Source: Thermoplasmata archaeon (GTDB lineage Archaea > Thermoplasmatota > Thermoplasmata > RBG-16-68-12). Taken from it: a stretch of DNA of 64,000 nucleotides. A program made the translations under genes and the position numbers. Of this stretch, positions 1 to 9,498 are shown one piece after another. Under the pieces are notes generated by a model that worked only from the letters and a program-made list of their open reading frames with translations, ran no database searches and was not told where the DNA came from. The stretch is taken from NCBI GenBank assembly GCA_035283985.1, contig DATESQ010000018.1, positions 344 through 64,343 of the forward strand. Direction: 5' to 3'. Position 1 is the stretch's first letter. Each line of letters begins with the position of its first letter.

Positions 1-1899
1 ACCGCGCAACACGATCTGCAGGTCGTCCAGAGGGGGCGCGTCACGGGCACGGTCACGATCAGTAGCCAGGCCGTGAACGGGACGATCGCTTTCGAGGGCC
101 TCGACACCGTCGTTGCGCCCGTCACGGACGGCCAGTTCCGGACGTACCTCGCGCTTGGCGACTATGCCGTGACGGCGAATGTGATCCAGTCCGGGGTCCC
201 GTACCTGTTCCTCGACGACCTCACCGTGAGCGGCGCCGTGAACCTCACCGTGCCCCTCGCCCGCACCACGCTCGTCACGGGCACGGCGCGGGTCCTCGGC
301 ATCCCGCTGCCGGACCCCGCCACGATTACGTTCACCCGCGCGCAAGGCGGGCTCCTCCGCACGACGTCCGCGGAGACGGGGACGTACTCTGTGGATCTCA
401 TCGAGGGGGACTATGTCGTGGCCTTGGACGCCCATACGACGATGCCGATTGACGGCGTCGTCCGATTCGTCCGGCTCACGTTCTCGGGCTCCCTCTCGAT
501 CGCCGCGAACACTTCCGCCGCGACGTTCGACATCGCCGCGAGCCGGTCCCTCGACAACTCCACGGTGAGCGGTCGTGTGGCGTTCGGCAACGTTGGCACC
601 GCGGCGTCCCTCACGTTCACGGCCCGCTCGCCTGGCGGGATCAACGCGTCGGCAACGGCGGGCGCTGACGGCACGTTCGGCCTGCAAATCCACCCCGGCG
701 CTTACGACCTCTACGTCGTCGGCTCGTCCGGGACCCGAGCGTTCCTTGGCGTTGTGACTGTGCCCCAGGGCCGGGACCTCGCGCTGAACCCGGTCCTCGT
801 CCCCTCCTTCCTCGTGACGGGCGTGACCTCATCCCGCTCGAACGACCGCGTGTCCGCGGACATCACGTTCACCGCGGCGGCGAGCGCACACACGCGTTCC
901 GATGCGACGGGAACGTACCGGATCGTCCTGCCCCCCGGGTTGTACGCCGTCACGGGAGAAACGACGGCGATGGAGAGTGGGGTTGGGGTCCGATACTCGA
1001 AAGACACGACGTTCGAGGCCGACGGGACCTCCAGTCCACTGAACCTCGACCTCGTCCGGGAGGACGAGCGCCAAGTCACGTTCCTCTGGGACAGCGGTGA
1101 GCGGACGGCGATCCCCGGCGGCGGGTCCGTCACGTACACTCTCGTCGTCCAAAACACGGGCAACGTCGCGGACGAGTTCGTCTTCTCCGGGTCGCCCGCC
1201 TCGTGGACGTTCACGTTCAGCCAGCCGCGCGTCTCCCTGAACTTCGGGCAGACGGGGAACGACGCGACGACGGTGCGGGTCACGATCAGGACCCCGCCTG
1301 ACGCCCTCGTCGACCACGGCGACGTCGCGATCCGGGCTACGGGCGCGAAGGACGGCAGCACGGCGGGCGATGTGAAGGTCCTCGTCGACATCCTGCGGCG
1401 GCGTAGCATCGGCCTCGACTTCTCGACCTCGTCCCCGACGTTCGACGGACTCTACCTGAACTATACGGTCACGGTTCGGAACACGGGCAACGCGCGGGAG
1501 ACCGTGGGCCTCGCCCTCCCGAACGCAGGGGAGCTCGCGGCGCGAGGCTGGGTCGTGCGGTTCGTCTCTCCGGAGACCGGCACCCTCGCAGTGACGATCC
1601 ACAACCTCACCGTCGAGGCGAACTCGACCCGCACCATCACGGTGACCTTCGAGAACCGGGGCGGAGGCGCGGGGGCCGTCGCCGTCATCACGGTCGCCGC
1701 GGAGGACCTTGCGACAATCCAGGCGACGCAGCAGTTCGCGCTCGAGCTGCCGCTCCTGAGCCCGACGGGACGAATCACCGCGAACGGGATCAACATCGTG
1801 AACGACCTCCCGCTGAACTACCCGCTCATAGCGATCCTCGTCACGATCATCGCGTCGATGGCGGCGGGTCTCGTGTTCACGGTCCGACGGAGGCGATGA
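1..1899 (+). CDS. Cell-surface protein, 5' end truncated by the window. Beta-rich and Thr/Val-rich. C-terminal TM helix followed by an RRRR tail.
   Basis: Frame 1 is open from position 1; the listed ORF begins at an internal GTG at 73. Composition is typical of archaeal surface/adhesin-like proteins. C-terminus reads ...NYPLIAILVTIIASMAAGLVFTVRRRR (hydrophobic helix plus basic tail). Confidence 0.6.
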   Translation, partial: TAQHDLQVVQRGRVTGTVTISSQAVNGTIAFEGLDTVVAPVTDGQFRTYLALGDYAVTANVIQSGVPYLFLDDLTVSGAVNLTVPLARTTLVTGTARVLGIPLPDPATITFTRAQGGLLRTTSAETGTYSVDLIEGDYVVALDAHTTMPIDGVVRFVRLTFSGSLSIAANTSAATFDIAASRSLDNSTVSGRVAFGNVGTAASLTFTARSPGGINASATAGADGTFGLQIHPGAYDLYVVGSSGTRAFLGVVTVPQGRDLALNPVLVPSFLVTGVTSSRSNDRVSADITFTAAASAHTRSDATGTYRIVLPPGLYAVTGETTAMESGVGVRYSKDTTFEADGTSSPLNLDLVREDERQVTFLWDSGERTAIPGGGSVTYTLVVQNTGNVADEFVFSGSPASWTFTFSQPRVSLNFGQTGNDATTVRVTIRTPPDALVDHGDVAIRATGAKDGSTAGDVKVLVDILRRRSIGLDFSTSSPTFDGLYLNYTVTVRNTGNARETVGLALPNAGELAARGWVVRFVSPETGTLAVTIHNLTVEANSTRTITVTFENRGGGAGAVAVITVAAEDLATIQATQQFALELPLLSPTGRITANGINIVNDLPLNYPLIAILVTIIASMAAGLVFTVRRRR

Positions 1900-1900
1900 C

Positions 1901-2674
1901 GTGCGTGGGGGGCTGCTGCTCTCGCTGGGAGTCCTCGCCATCCTCTTGCTGGGGGTCGCCCTCCCATCGACGAGAGCCCAGACGGAACTCGTCGCGAACT
2001 TGGCGGGCCCGGATGCCGTTGCCCCCGGATCACTCACCTCATACTTTGTGAACGCGACTGGAGGGCCGGGCTCGGAGATTGGGGGGAACTTCTCCGTCCG
2101 GTTCTACATCACAGGCGCGGATCTCGCAGGAGGGCTGCCCCTCGAGACCGCGCCCCGCACGGAGTTCGGCGAGACGGGTCCCTTCCGACTCAACATCACG
2201 GCGCCGACGCGGGAGACCTCGATCACGCTCGTCGCGCTTGTGAACTCCTCGAACGGCCCAGACTTCGAGGCGACGACCCTGACGAAGGCGATTACTGTGA
2301 TCACCCCGATCGTCCTTACCGCGACGTTCGTGAACAACGGCGCCGCTGCGGCGACCAACGTCCCCGTGAAATTCTACGTCGACGGCACGTTCGTCGGGTA
2401 CGCGAACCTGACGCGGATCGAGGCCGGCGCGACCGGGACGGCTTCGTTCAGATATTTCCCGATCCGCCTCGCGCTCGGGCAGCATTCCGTTCGCGCCGAA
2501 GCGGACCTGAACCGGAACGGCGTGATCGAGCAGGACAAGGGCGAGGTCGCATTCCTCGATGTATTCTACAAAAAGGAGCTGGACCTCAGCTGGGGCGTCA
2601 CGATTACGATTCTCGCCGCGATCGTGAGCGTGACGTTCCTCGTCGTCCGCGCGTTACGACGCCGGCGGCGCTGA
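1901..2674 (+). CDS. Secreted or anchored surface protein with N-terminal signal peptide, CARDB-like beta domain, C-terminal TM helix and RRRRR tail.
   Basis: N-terminus MRGGLLLSLGVLAILLLGVALPSTRAQ (signal-like). 'VPVKFYVDGTFVGYANLTRIEAGATGTASFRYFP' resembles a CARDB fold. C-terminus WGVTITILAAIVSVTFLVVRALRRRRR. Starts 2 nt after the upstream gene. Confidence 0.6.
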   Translation: MRGGLLLSLGVLAILLLGVALPSTRAQTELVANLAGPDAVAPGSLTSYFVNATGGPGSEIGGNFSVRFYITGADLAGGLPLETAPRTEFGETGPFRLNITAPTRETSITLVALVNSSNGPDFEATTLTKAITVITPIVLTATFVNNGAAAATNVPVKFYVDGTFVGYANLTRIEAGATGTASFRYFPIRLALGQHSVRAEADLNRNGVIEQDKGEVAFLDVFYKKELDLSWGVTITILAAIVSVTFLVVRALRRRRR

Positions 2675-2709
2675 GCCTCGCGACAGAACAGCCAGAAGTC
2701 GGTCCCGAA

Positions 2710-3342
2710 TCAGAGCCGACGTTCGAGGCGGTCGAGCTTCTCCTCGAGCGCCTTCCCGCGGGTCGCGACCGAGAGCTCGCCCCGCGTCTTCTCGATCAGC
2801 GCACGGGCGATGTCCTGCTTCCGTTTCATCGCCACAAGACCGCTCGGGTAGTCGAAGCGGACGAGGAGGTCGAAGATGTCCTCCATCGTCTTCAGATGAT
2901 CCGCGGCGGCGGCGACGTTGCCCCGCCGAAGCTCCTCGAGCGCGAACCGCCGGAGTTCGCCGACGGCATCTCCGAGCCCGAGGAGGTACGACGCGTCCGT
3001 GGCTCCGAGCTCCGAGGGACCCGGCAGGGGCCGGCCGTGGGCGATCGAGTCAACGACCGCGGCCTCGCATAGCTCTTGGAGAGCGTTCTCGACGAACCCG
3101 GAATGGTACAGGTCCGGATGCTCCTCGAGGACGCTCCGCAGCTTCATCGCCTCCTCGCGGGCCTCCCGGAGGGGCGTCTCGGAATCCTCCCCTTTGTGAA
3201 GTCCATGGATCGCCGCGCTGCTTAGCCGCGCGATTGCGCGGGATGACTTTAGCGCGAGTTCGCGGACCTCGTCCTTCTCGTCGAGGCGTGACTCGATCTC
3301 GCCGATGATGTCCTTCAGGTCCTTCACGGATGGGGACCACAA
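2710..3342 (-). CDS. Translin family protein (archaeal translin).
   Basis: 'DASYLLGLGDAVGELRRFALEEL' matches the translin signature YLLGxADxxGELxR. Helical protein of about 210 aa. Confidence 0.65.
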   Translation of the reverse strand: MWSPSVKDLKDIIGEIESRLDEKDEVRELALKSSRAIARLSSAAIHGLHKGEDSETPLREAREEAMKLRSVLEEHPDLYHSGFVENALQELCEAAVVDSIAHGRPLPGPSELGATDASYLLGLGDAVGELRRFALEELRRGNVAAAADHLKTMEDIFDLLVRFDYPSGLVAMKRKQDIARALIEKTRGELSVATRGKALEEKLDRLERRL

Positions 3343-3391
3343 GCCGGAGTGCGTATAGACCTTTTGGCGCGAGGAGAAGTCTGATGCGATT

Positions 3392-4711
3392 CTAGGATCG
3401 CAGCGTCCTCATCCGCGCGACCTTGCGGTCGATCGCCTTCGCAGTCCCGACATCGTGGCGGACATACACGTGGCCCTTCACGTGGACGAGGCCCGCCTCA
3501 GCGATCAACTCCGCTGCCGGCAGGCTCTCAGCGATCCCCACGACCGCGACGGAGCGCGAGGTCGTAGTGTACAGCCTGCCCTCGCGTTCGTCGACCGCCG
3601 CATAGAACAGCTCGGCACCCGCCTTCGCAATCGCCGCTTCGTCGACTTCGACCCTTTTTCCTCCCTGCGGCGAGGTCCCGTATCCGATGGGGACCACGTA
3701 CTTGCACACGGTCGCTTTTTTCGCGAACCGCGCAGCCATCGGGAGGTCCCCGTCGACAACGCTCTCGCACAGCTCGAGGAAATCGTCCTCGAGGATCGGG
3801 AGCACGTTCATGGACTCCGGGTCCGCGAACCGAACGTTGTACTCCAGGAGGCGGACGCCGTCGCGCGTCGCCATGAACCCGCCGTAGAGAATCCCGCGGA
3901 ACGGTGTGCCCCGCCGCGCCATCGCATCGATCGTCGCCCGCATCGTCGCGAGTGCCGCTTCGTAGTCCTTTTTCGTGAGGAACGGGAGCCGGTGGTCCGC
4001 GTCCGAGTAGGAGCCCATCCCTCCCGTGTTCGGCCCCTCGTCCTTCTCGTACGCCCGCTTGTGGTCCTGCGCGAGGGGCGTCGGCAGTAGCCGTGTGCCG
4101 TCGCAGAGAGCCTGGAGAGAGAACTCTTCGCCGACGACCTTCTCCTCGACAAGGAACCGCGACTCACCGCCAATACTCTGGCCCAAGATCTCCTTCGCAT
4201 ACACCTCCGCCTCGCCCTTCGAGCGAACATGATCGCCCCAGACCTTCACGCCCTTCCCGCCCGTGAGCCCGATCGGCTTCATCACGAACTCGAAGTCGCA
4301 GTCGTTGAGCCAGTCTCGGAAGTCTTCGAGGCGGTCAAAGGCCCAGTAGTCGACGAGCCCCGGGATCCTGTGGTCCCGCATCAGATCCCGCGCGAACTCC
4401 TTGCTCGTCTCGAGTTGTGCGGCGTCCCGGTCCGGGCCCATGGCGGGGATGCCGGCGGTCTCGAGCGCGTCGACGATTCCCACCGCGAGGGGCGCCTCGG
4501 GTCCGATCACCGCCATGTCGACGCTCCGCGCCTTCGCCCAGGCGACGATCGTCGGCACGTCCGTGACGCTGTGGATGAGGAGCTCCTTCGAGAGGCGGCG
4601 GATCCCGGGGTTCTGGTTCCCCATTACCGCGTAGAGATCTGCCCTGCTCCGCGCGAGTGCTTTCGCGATCGCGTGTTCGCGTCCTCCCCCGCCCACGACG
4701 AGGACCTTCAT
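3392..4711 (-). CDS. purD: Phosphoribosylamine--glycine ligase (GAR synthetase).
   Basis: The internal start MKVLVVGGGGREHAIAKALARS is the canonical PurD N-terminus, with ATP-grasp motifs following. The upstream 118 codons of the listed ORF are Arg-rich junk overlapping folD. The ATG at 4711 was verified on the sequence. Confidence 0.9.
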   Translation of the reverse strand: MKVLVVGGGGREHAIAKALARSRADLYAVMGNQNPGIRRLSKELLIHSVTDVPTIVAWAKARSVDMAVIGPEAPLAVGIVDALETAGIPAMGPDRDAAQLETSKEFARDLMRDHRIPGLVDYWAFDRLEDFRDWLNDCDFEFVMKPIGLTGGKGVKVWGDHVRSKGEAEVYAKEILGQSIGGESRFLVEEKVVGEEFSLQALCDGTRLLPTPLAQDHKRAYEKDEGPNTGGMGSYSDADHRLPFLTKKDYEAALATMRATIDAMARRGTPFRGILYGGFMATRDGVRLLEYNVRFADPESMNVLPILEDDFLELCESVVDGDLPMAARFAKKATVCKYVVPIGYGTSPQGGKRVEVDEAAIAKAGAELFYAAVDEREGRLYTTTSRSVAVVGIAESLPAAELIAEAGLVHVKGHVYVRHDVGTAKAIDRKVARMRTLRS

Positions 4712-4746
4712 GTTCCCGCCATGGCGGGAAGCGCCGTGCGGGATTT

Positions 4747-5637
4747 CTAGTTTCTCGACCCCGCGGCGACCTCCGCCGCATAGACCGTGTTCGAGAGTAG
4801 CATCGCGATTGTCATCGGGCCGACGCCGCCGGGAACGGGGGTGATCGCGCTCGCTACCTCCCGAACCTCTTCGAACCTTACGTCGCCGACCGTTCGGTAG
4901 CCCTGCTTCTTCGTCGCGTCCGGCACGCGATTGATCCCGACATCGATCACGACGGCGCCAGGCTTCACCATGTCCTTCGTGACCAACTCCGGACGGCCCA
5001 TCGCGGCCACGAGGATGTCCGCGCTCCGTGCAATCGTGCGAAGATCCCGCGTCGCAGAATGGCAAACAGTGACAGTCGCGTTCGCACCCTTCGCCTTCTG
5101 CATGAGGAGCGCGGCGAGCGGCTTGCCAACGATGTTGCTGCGTCCGAGGATCACGACGTGCTTCCCAGAGGGGTCATGTCCGCTCCGAAGAAGGAGCTCG
5201 ACGACTCCTGCAGGCGTTGCGGGTGCGAACCGCGGGATCCCAATCAGGAGGAGGCCCACGTTCTCGGGATGAAAGCAGTCCACATCCTTCCACGGGGAGA
5301 CGCACGACACCGCGGCGATCGCAGGAATCTGCGAGGGGAGGGGTTGCTGCACGAGAATCCCGTGGATCGACGAATCCGTGTTGAGGCGCTCGACTTCCGC
5401 GAGAAAGCGTTCCGGCGCTGTCTCTCGCGGCAGTTTCACGATGACGGACTGGAGCCCCACCTCCTCGCACGCCCTCGCTTTCATTTTCACGTACAAGGCA
5501 GACGTGGGGTTGTCGCCGACGAGAACCGCTGCGAGACCAGGCGTCTTGGCCCGGGTCTGGAGCGACGCAATGCGTGGGCGCAATTCGGCGCGGATCTCTT
5601 CCGCAATTCGCTTCCCGTCAATCACCTCCGCGCCCAT
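4747..5637 (-). CDS. folD: Bifunctional methylene-THF dehydrogenase / methenyl-THF cyclohydrolase.
   Basis: MGAEVIDGKRIAEEIRAELRPRIASLQ...PGLAAVLVGDNPTSALYVKMK...HGILVQQPLP are canonical FolD motifs. Confidence 0.9.
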   Translation of the reverse strand: MGAEVIDGKRIAEEIRAELRPRIASLQTRAKTPGLAAVLVGDNPTSALYVKMKARACEEVGLQSVIVKLPRETAPERFLAEVERLNTDSSIHGILVQQPLPSQIPAIAAVSCVSPWKDVDCFHPENVGLLLIGIPRFAPATPAGVVELLLRSGHDPSGKHVVILGRSNIVGKPLAALLMQKAKGANATVTVCHSATRDLRTIARSADILVAAMGRPELVTKDMVKPGAVVIDVGINRVPDATKKQGYRTVGDVRFEEVREVASAITPVPGGVGPMTIAMLLSNTVYAAEVAAGSRN

Positions 5638-5719
5638 GCGCGCTGCGTATCAATATCGAGCATAAAAACGTACAACACGTGTACGATAGGGAATCGACTT
5701 TGGCAATCAGACACGAATC

Positions 5720-6253
5720 TTGATATTCAACCCCCCGGAATGGTTGCGCGTGCTGGCCTCCGGGGATCTGAGGAGCCTCACGGAACGACAGCGCGAGGTC
5801 CTCAGCATCCTGGTCGAGAACAAGCTGTACCGAGGGAAGGACACCGCGATTCCCGAAATCGCGGAGCAACTCGGCATCGCCGCCGTCGCGGTGTACAAAC
5901 ACATTCTGGAGATTGAGAAGGACGAGCTCTGCCGGGTCACCGTCACGCCTTCGGTCAAGGGCACGAAGATCTACGAGCGATTGTCCCTCGAGCCGAAGCC
6001 CATCCGGCGGATGACCGCGGAAGCGCTCTCGGAGCCTCGTCGTGCGATTCTCGAGTACCTCGCCGGACGTCCGGACGCGACGGGGTTCGAGCTCTCCGAG
6101 GAGCTCGTGATGAGCGAGTATGCGGTGAGCAACCACCTCCGCGTTCTCGAGGCGATCTCCCTTGTGACGAAGCAGCGCGGGCGCGCTCTAAAGCGGGGTG
6201 TGCCGCCGTACGTGTACAATCTGACGGGGCACGGACGGACCGTCCTCCAGTGA
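5720..6253 (+). CDS. Transcriptional regulator with two winged-helix (ArsR/TrmB-like) domains.
   Basis: 'RQREVLSILVENKLYRGKDTAIPEIAEQLGIAAVAVYKHILEIEKD' and 'RRAILEYLAGRPDATGFELSEELVMSEYAVSNHLRVLEAISLV' are both HTH/wHTH-like. Confidence 0.55.
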   Translation: MIFNPPEWLRVLASGDLRSLTERQREVLSILVENKLYRGKDTAIPEIAEQLGIAAVAVYKHILEIEKDELCRVTVTPSVKGTKIYERLSLEPKPIRRMTAEALSEPRRAILEYLAGRPDATGFELSEELVMSEYAVSNHLRVLEAISLVTKQRGRALKRGVPPYVYNLTGHGRTVLQ

Positions 6254-6480
6254 CCCGGGAACGCGACTCGGAACTTGCGAATGACCCGCCGGTCTTACCG
6301 GAAAGGGGGTTGTTGGACGGTGGGGTCAAAGGAGGTGGAGGTTGCCATCCAACAACCCGAACTCTCACTACCAATGCGTGCGATAAGAACTTTTGTTGAG
6401 GCGTGACCCCGCACAAACCGCATCACCTTCGAGCCCCCGCGTGACCGGGAGAACTCGCGACGCCTTTATCGACTGCCTCC

Positions 6481-7629
6481 GTGATTGGAGGGTACATGCA
6501 GTCGGACCTCCTCGTCGTCGGCGCGGGGCCCTCCGGGACCATGGCAGCCCTAGCGGCCGCGCGGGGCGGCCTCCGCGTCGCCGTTCTCGAAAAGCGGCGG
6601 ACCGTCGGCGAGCCCGTCCAGTGCGCGGAGGGCGTGAGCCACTTCGCCCTCGAATCGAACGGGTTGCGACCCGACCCGCGGTTTGTCCGGCAACACGTCC
6701 GCGGCGCGAAGGCGGTGATGCCGAACGGGAGGCGCTTCACAATCACGCGGCTCCCCGGCTTCGCGGTAGACCGCGGGGAGATGGACCGCACGATCGCGGA
6801 TGCGGCCATCGACGCCGGCGTGGACCTCCACCTCGGCGAGCGCGTCAAGGGGATGACGCGGACCTCGGGAGGATGGGAGCTCCGATCTGATTCGAAAGTG
6901 TGGACCGCGCCCCTCGTCATCGGGGCGGACGGCCCCGCGAGCCTCGTCGCGCGCTGGGCGGGTCTCCTCGAGAGGGCCGAGGCGATCCGCGCGTACGAAT
7001 GGCGGTTCGACGCAACCGACGTGGCGCCTCCGGAACGAGACGTGTTCCTGCTCTATTTTGCGAAACGTTACGATGGTGGGTATGCGTGGATCTTCCCCCG
7101 CGGCAACCACGTAAACGTGGGCGCGGGCGGGCACATCGACGCCCATCACGCTCTCGTAGAGTTCTGCCGGGAACGGGGAATCAATCCGGAGAAGCGGCGG
7201 GCGACAATCGCCGGCCAGATTCCGTACCGATACGAGTTCCGTAGCTACGCATCCAATGGCGTTGCGGTCGTCGGGGACGCGGCGGGCGTCACGAACCCGC
7301 TGAATGGGGGCGGGATTCACGCGGCATTGTACTCCGGCCGCGTCGCGGGCGAACTCGCGGCGAAGGAGCGCCTCTCGGACTACGATCGCGTCCTCCGGGC
7401 CTCGCCGTTTCTCGATCCTCTCCTGTGGTGGATGATCGATCGAATCCGGACGTGGGACGACCGCGTCCTGAATTTCGTCGGGGAGTTCCTCGAGCCGATC
7501 GACTGGCACACTCTCTCGGTTCCCGCCGGGCTCCGTCGGATGAGCCGCAGCCCCTGGATGCTCAAGCACGGAATCGACTTCCTCCGACTCCGGCGGGCGA
7601 TGGCCCTCACGGAGCTCTATGGGTGGTGA
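6481..7629 (+). CDS. Geranylgeranyl reductase family FAD-dependent oxidoreductase (digeranylgeranylglycerophospholipid reductase-like).
   Basis: 'DLLVVGAGPSGTMAALAAARGGLRVAVLEKR' is a Rossmann FAD motif; length and overall similarity fit the GGR family. Alternative start MQSD at 6496. Confidence 0.8.
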   Translation: MIGGYMQSDLLVVGAGPSGTMAALAAARGGLRVAVLEKRRTVGEPVQCAEGVSHFALESNGLRPDPRFVRQHVRGAKAVMPNGRRFTITRLPGFAVDRGEMDRTIADAAIDAGVDLHLGERVKGMTRTSGGWELRSDSKVWTAPLVIGADGPASLVARWAGLLERAEAIRAYEWRFDATDVAPPERDVFLLYFAKRYDGGYAWIFPRGNHVNVGAGGHIDAHHALVEFCRERGINPEKRRATIAGQIPYRYEFRSYASNGVAVVGDAAGVTNPLNGGGIHAALYSGRVAGELAAKERLSDYDRVLRASPFLDPLLWWMIDRIRTWDDRVLNFVGEFLEPIDWHTLSVPAGLRRMSRSPWMLKHGIDFLRLRRAMALTELYGW

Positions 7630-8482
7630 GGTTCTCTCGGAGCGCGCCCTGCACGGCCTTCCGGACCCGCCAGAAGAATCCGAAAAGGGACTCCTCCGCC
7701 TGCACGAACACGAGGAGCCGCAGCGTGGACGTCTCCTTGCGAGATGCGACGATCCTTACCGCGTACGAGTTCCCACGGAGGTCGAGGCCGTGGAGGCTCG
7801 CTTGGCCCGTGAACGCACGGTCCGTCGTCTGGACCTTCTCCTCCACCTTCTCGAGGCCTTCCGCCTCGAGGGCGGACGCGATACGGGGGAACCAGAATCC
7901 CGCGTCGCCTCCCAGGGGGAGCGTCTCCTGAATCGAGAAGGACTTCGACGCCATCTCCCGGAGCGCGGTCGGGGTCAGATACACGGGGCGAGTGACGGGG
8001 GGCCGCAGGTCGAGCCGCATCGGCGCCACGACGGCCTCGATCGTCGCCTTCGCCGCACCGACCCGGTACCGCACGTCCCCCCCGAGTTCGATTTCCGCGG
8101 GCTCGCCGTCCGGTTCGACCTTGAACGACGCCGTGCCGAACGATTGTGGCTCGAGAACGGGGATCCCGCGGGGCGGCTCCTCGATCCGGAACGGTCCGTG
8201 AGCGACCCGCGGCGTGATGAGGACCTCCCGGATCGTCTCGTGCCCGGGGTTCCGAACCGTGATGTGATAGATAAGGTGCGTCGGCTCGAAGTCGATCCCG
8301 GGCTCGAGCCGTACGTCGACGAGCGGTCGGGCCTCTCGCCCCCCGCGCCTCGCGGGGAAACCGAGGACAAGCAGCCACGCCGGGTTTGTCAGGACAATCG
8401 CCGTGGCATCCTCGCGGCGCGATAAAAACTTCGCTGGCCCGGCCCGAAAGGCTTTAGTGAGCCCCCGGGATGGCACGCACAT
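7607..8482 (-). CDS. Hypothetical protein; N-terminal boundary uncertain.
   Basis: The C-terminal roughly 260 codons have protein-like composition (HLIYHITVRNPGHETIREVLITPRVAHGPF...). The listed N-terminus is Arg/Ser-rich junk. The first ATG at 8482 would overlap the divergent MTHFR-like start, so the true start is probably downstream and non-ATG. Confidence 0.4.
   Translation of the reverse strand: MCVPSRGLTKAFRAGPAKFLSRREDATAIVLTNPAWLLVLGFPARRGGREARPLVDVRLEPGIDFEPTHLIYHITVRNPGHETIREVLITPRVAHGPFRIEEPPRGIPVLEPQSFGTASFKVEPDGEPAEIELGGDVRYRVGAAKATIEAVVAPMRLDLRPPVTRPVYLTPTALREMASKSFSIQETLPLGGDAGFWFPRIASALEAEGLEKVEEKVQTTDRAFTGQASLHGLDLRGNSYAVRIVASRKETSTLRLLVFVQAEESLFGFFWRVRKAVQGALRENLTTHRAP
8422..8431 (+). 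promoter_or_regulatory. TATA-like box (GATAAAAACT), palindromic AT core; possibly bidirectional.
   Basis: AT-rich element in an otherwise GC-rich divergent intergenic region, about 50 nt upstream of ATG 8481. Confidence 0.35.
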
Positions 8483-9443
8483 GGAGGGCAAGGCCGTCCG
8501 GACTTCCCTGCGAAGCGGCAGCCGCCTCGAGCGGGTTCTCTCCGAGAGACGCTTCGCCGTGACCGCGGAAATCGCGCCGCCGGCGTCCGCGGACCCCAGC
8601 GAGTTCATCGGCGTCGCACACACGGTGCGAGGCCATGCGGATGCGTTCAACGTCACGGACTGCCCTCGGGCCCTCGTGAAGATGGCGAGCTGGGCCGCGG
8701 CCGCTCTCCTCCTCCGCGAGGGGATGGAGCCGGTGATGCAGGTCGCCACGCGAGACCGGAACCGGATCGCCCTCCAGGCAGATGTCCTCGGCGCCGCGGC
8801 GATCGGCGTGAGGAACGTGATGTGCCTGCGAGGCGACGATCCCGCACTTGGAAACGAGCGGGGCGCGAAGCCCGTATTCGACCTCGAGACGGAGGAGTTC
8901 ATCGAGACACTCCGAAGGCTCCGGGACACGGGAACCCTTCGCGGCGGGGATCCCGTCGACGCCGCCCCAAGCCTGTTCATCGGCACGACCTCGAACCCGT
9001 TCGGCGGGAATCCGGAGGAGGCGTTCGTCAACCTTCGCGGCAAGGTCGAGGCGGGGGCGGATTTCGTCCAGACCCAAGCAATCTACGACGTCGACGCGTT
9101 CGATGAGTGGATGCATCTCGTCCGGAAGGAATGGCTCCATGAGAAGGTAAACATCCTCGCGGGGGTGATCCCTCTGAAGTCCGCGAAAATGGTGCGGTTC
9201 ATGAACCAGAAGGTCCCCGGAATCATCGTGCCCCCAAGCGTGAGCACGCGCCTCGACCGCGCATCGAACCCACGCACCGAGGGAATCCGAATCGCGGTCG
9301 AGGGGATCGAGCGGCTCCGTGAGATCGAGGGCGTCTCCGGCGTCCACATCATGGCAGTGAATTGGGAAGACGCAGTCCCCGTAATCGTAAGGGACGCAGG
9401 GCTGTACCCGAGACCCGTAATCGAAGTCGCGGCGTCGCGGTAG
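8481..9443 (+). CDS. Methylenetetrahydrofolate reductase (MetF/MTHFR family)-like protein.
   Basis: 'FAVTAEIAPP...', TIM-barrel-like pattern, FAD/folate-binding family resemblance. Start taken at in-frame ATG 8481 (MEGKAV), downstream of a TATA-like box at 8422-8431. Confidence 0.55.
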   Translation: MEGKAVRTSLRSGSRLERVLSERRFAVTAEIAPPASADPSEFIGVAHTVRGHADAFNVTDCPRALVKMASWAAAALLLREGMEPVMQVATRDRNRIALQADVLGAAAIGVRNVMCLRGDDPALGNERGAKPVFDLETEEFIETLRRLRDTGTLRGGDPVDAAPSLFIGTTSNPFGGNPEEAFVNLRGKVEAGADFVQTQAIYDVDAFDEWMHLVRKEWLHEKVNILAGVIPLKSAKMVRFMNQKVPGIIVPPSVSTRLDRASNPRTEGIRIAVEGIERLREIEGVSGVHIMAVNWEDAVPVIVRDAGLYPRPVIEVAASR

Positions 9444-9498
9444 TCCGCACGAGACGAAACCTTAATGCCGCGGGGCCCATGTCATCGCGGTAATCTGA

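Noticed and set aside
829-2037. 402-aa minus-strand ORF antisense to the two surface-protein genes
   Set aside because: Extreme Arg/Asp/Pro/Gly composition typical of antisense frames in high-GC DNA; it fully overlaps well-supported plus-strand genes.
7619-8425. 268-aa plus-strand ORF between GGR and the MTHFR-like gene
   Set aside because: Arg/Asp/Glu/Leu-rich antisense-type composition; the minus-strand frame has genuinely protein-like sequence.
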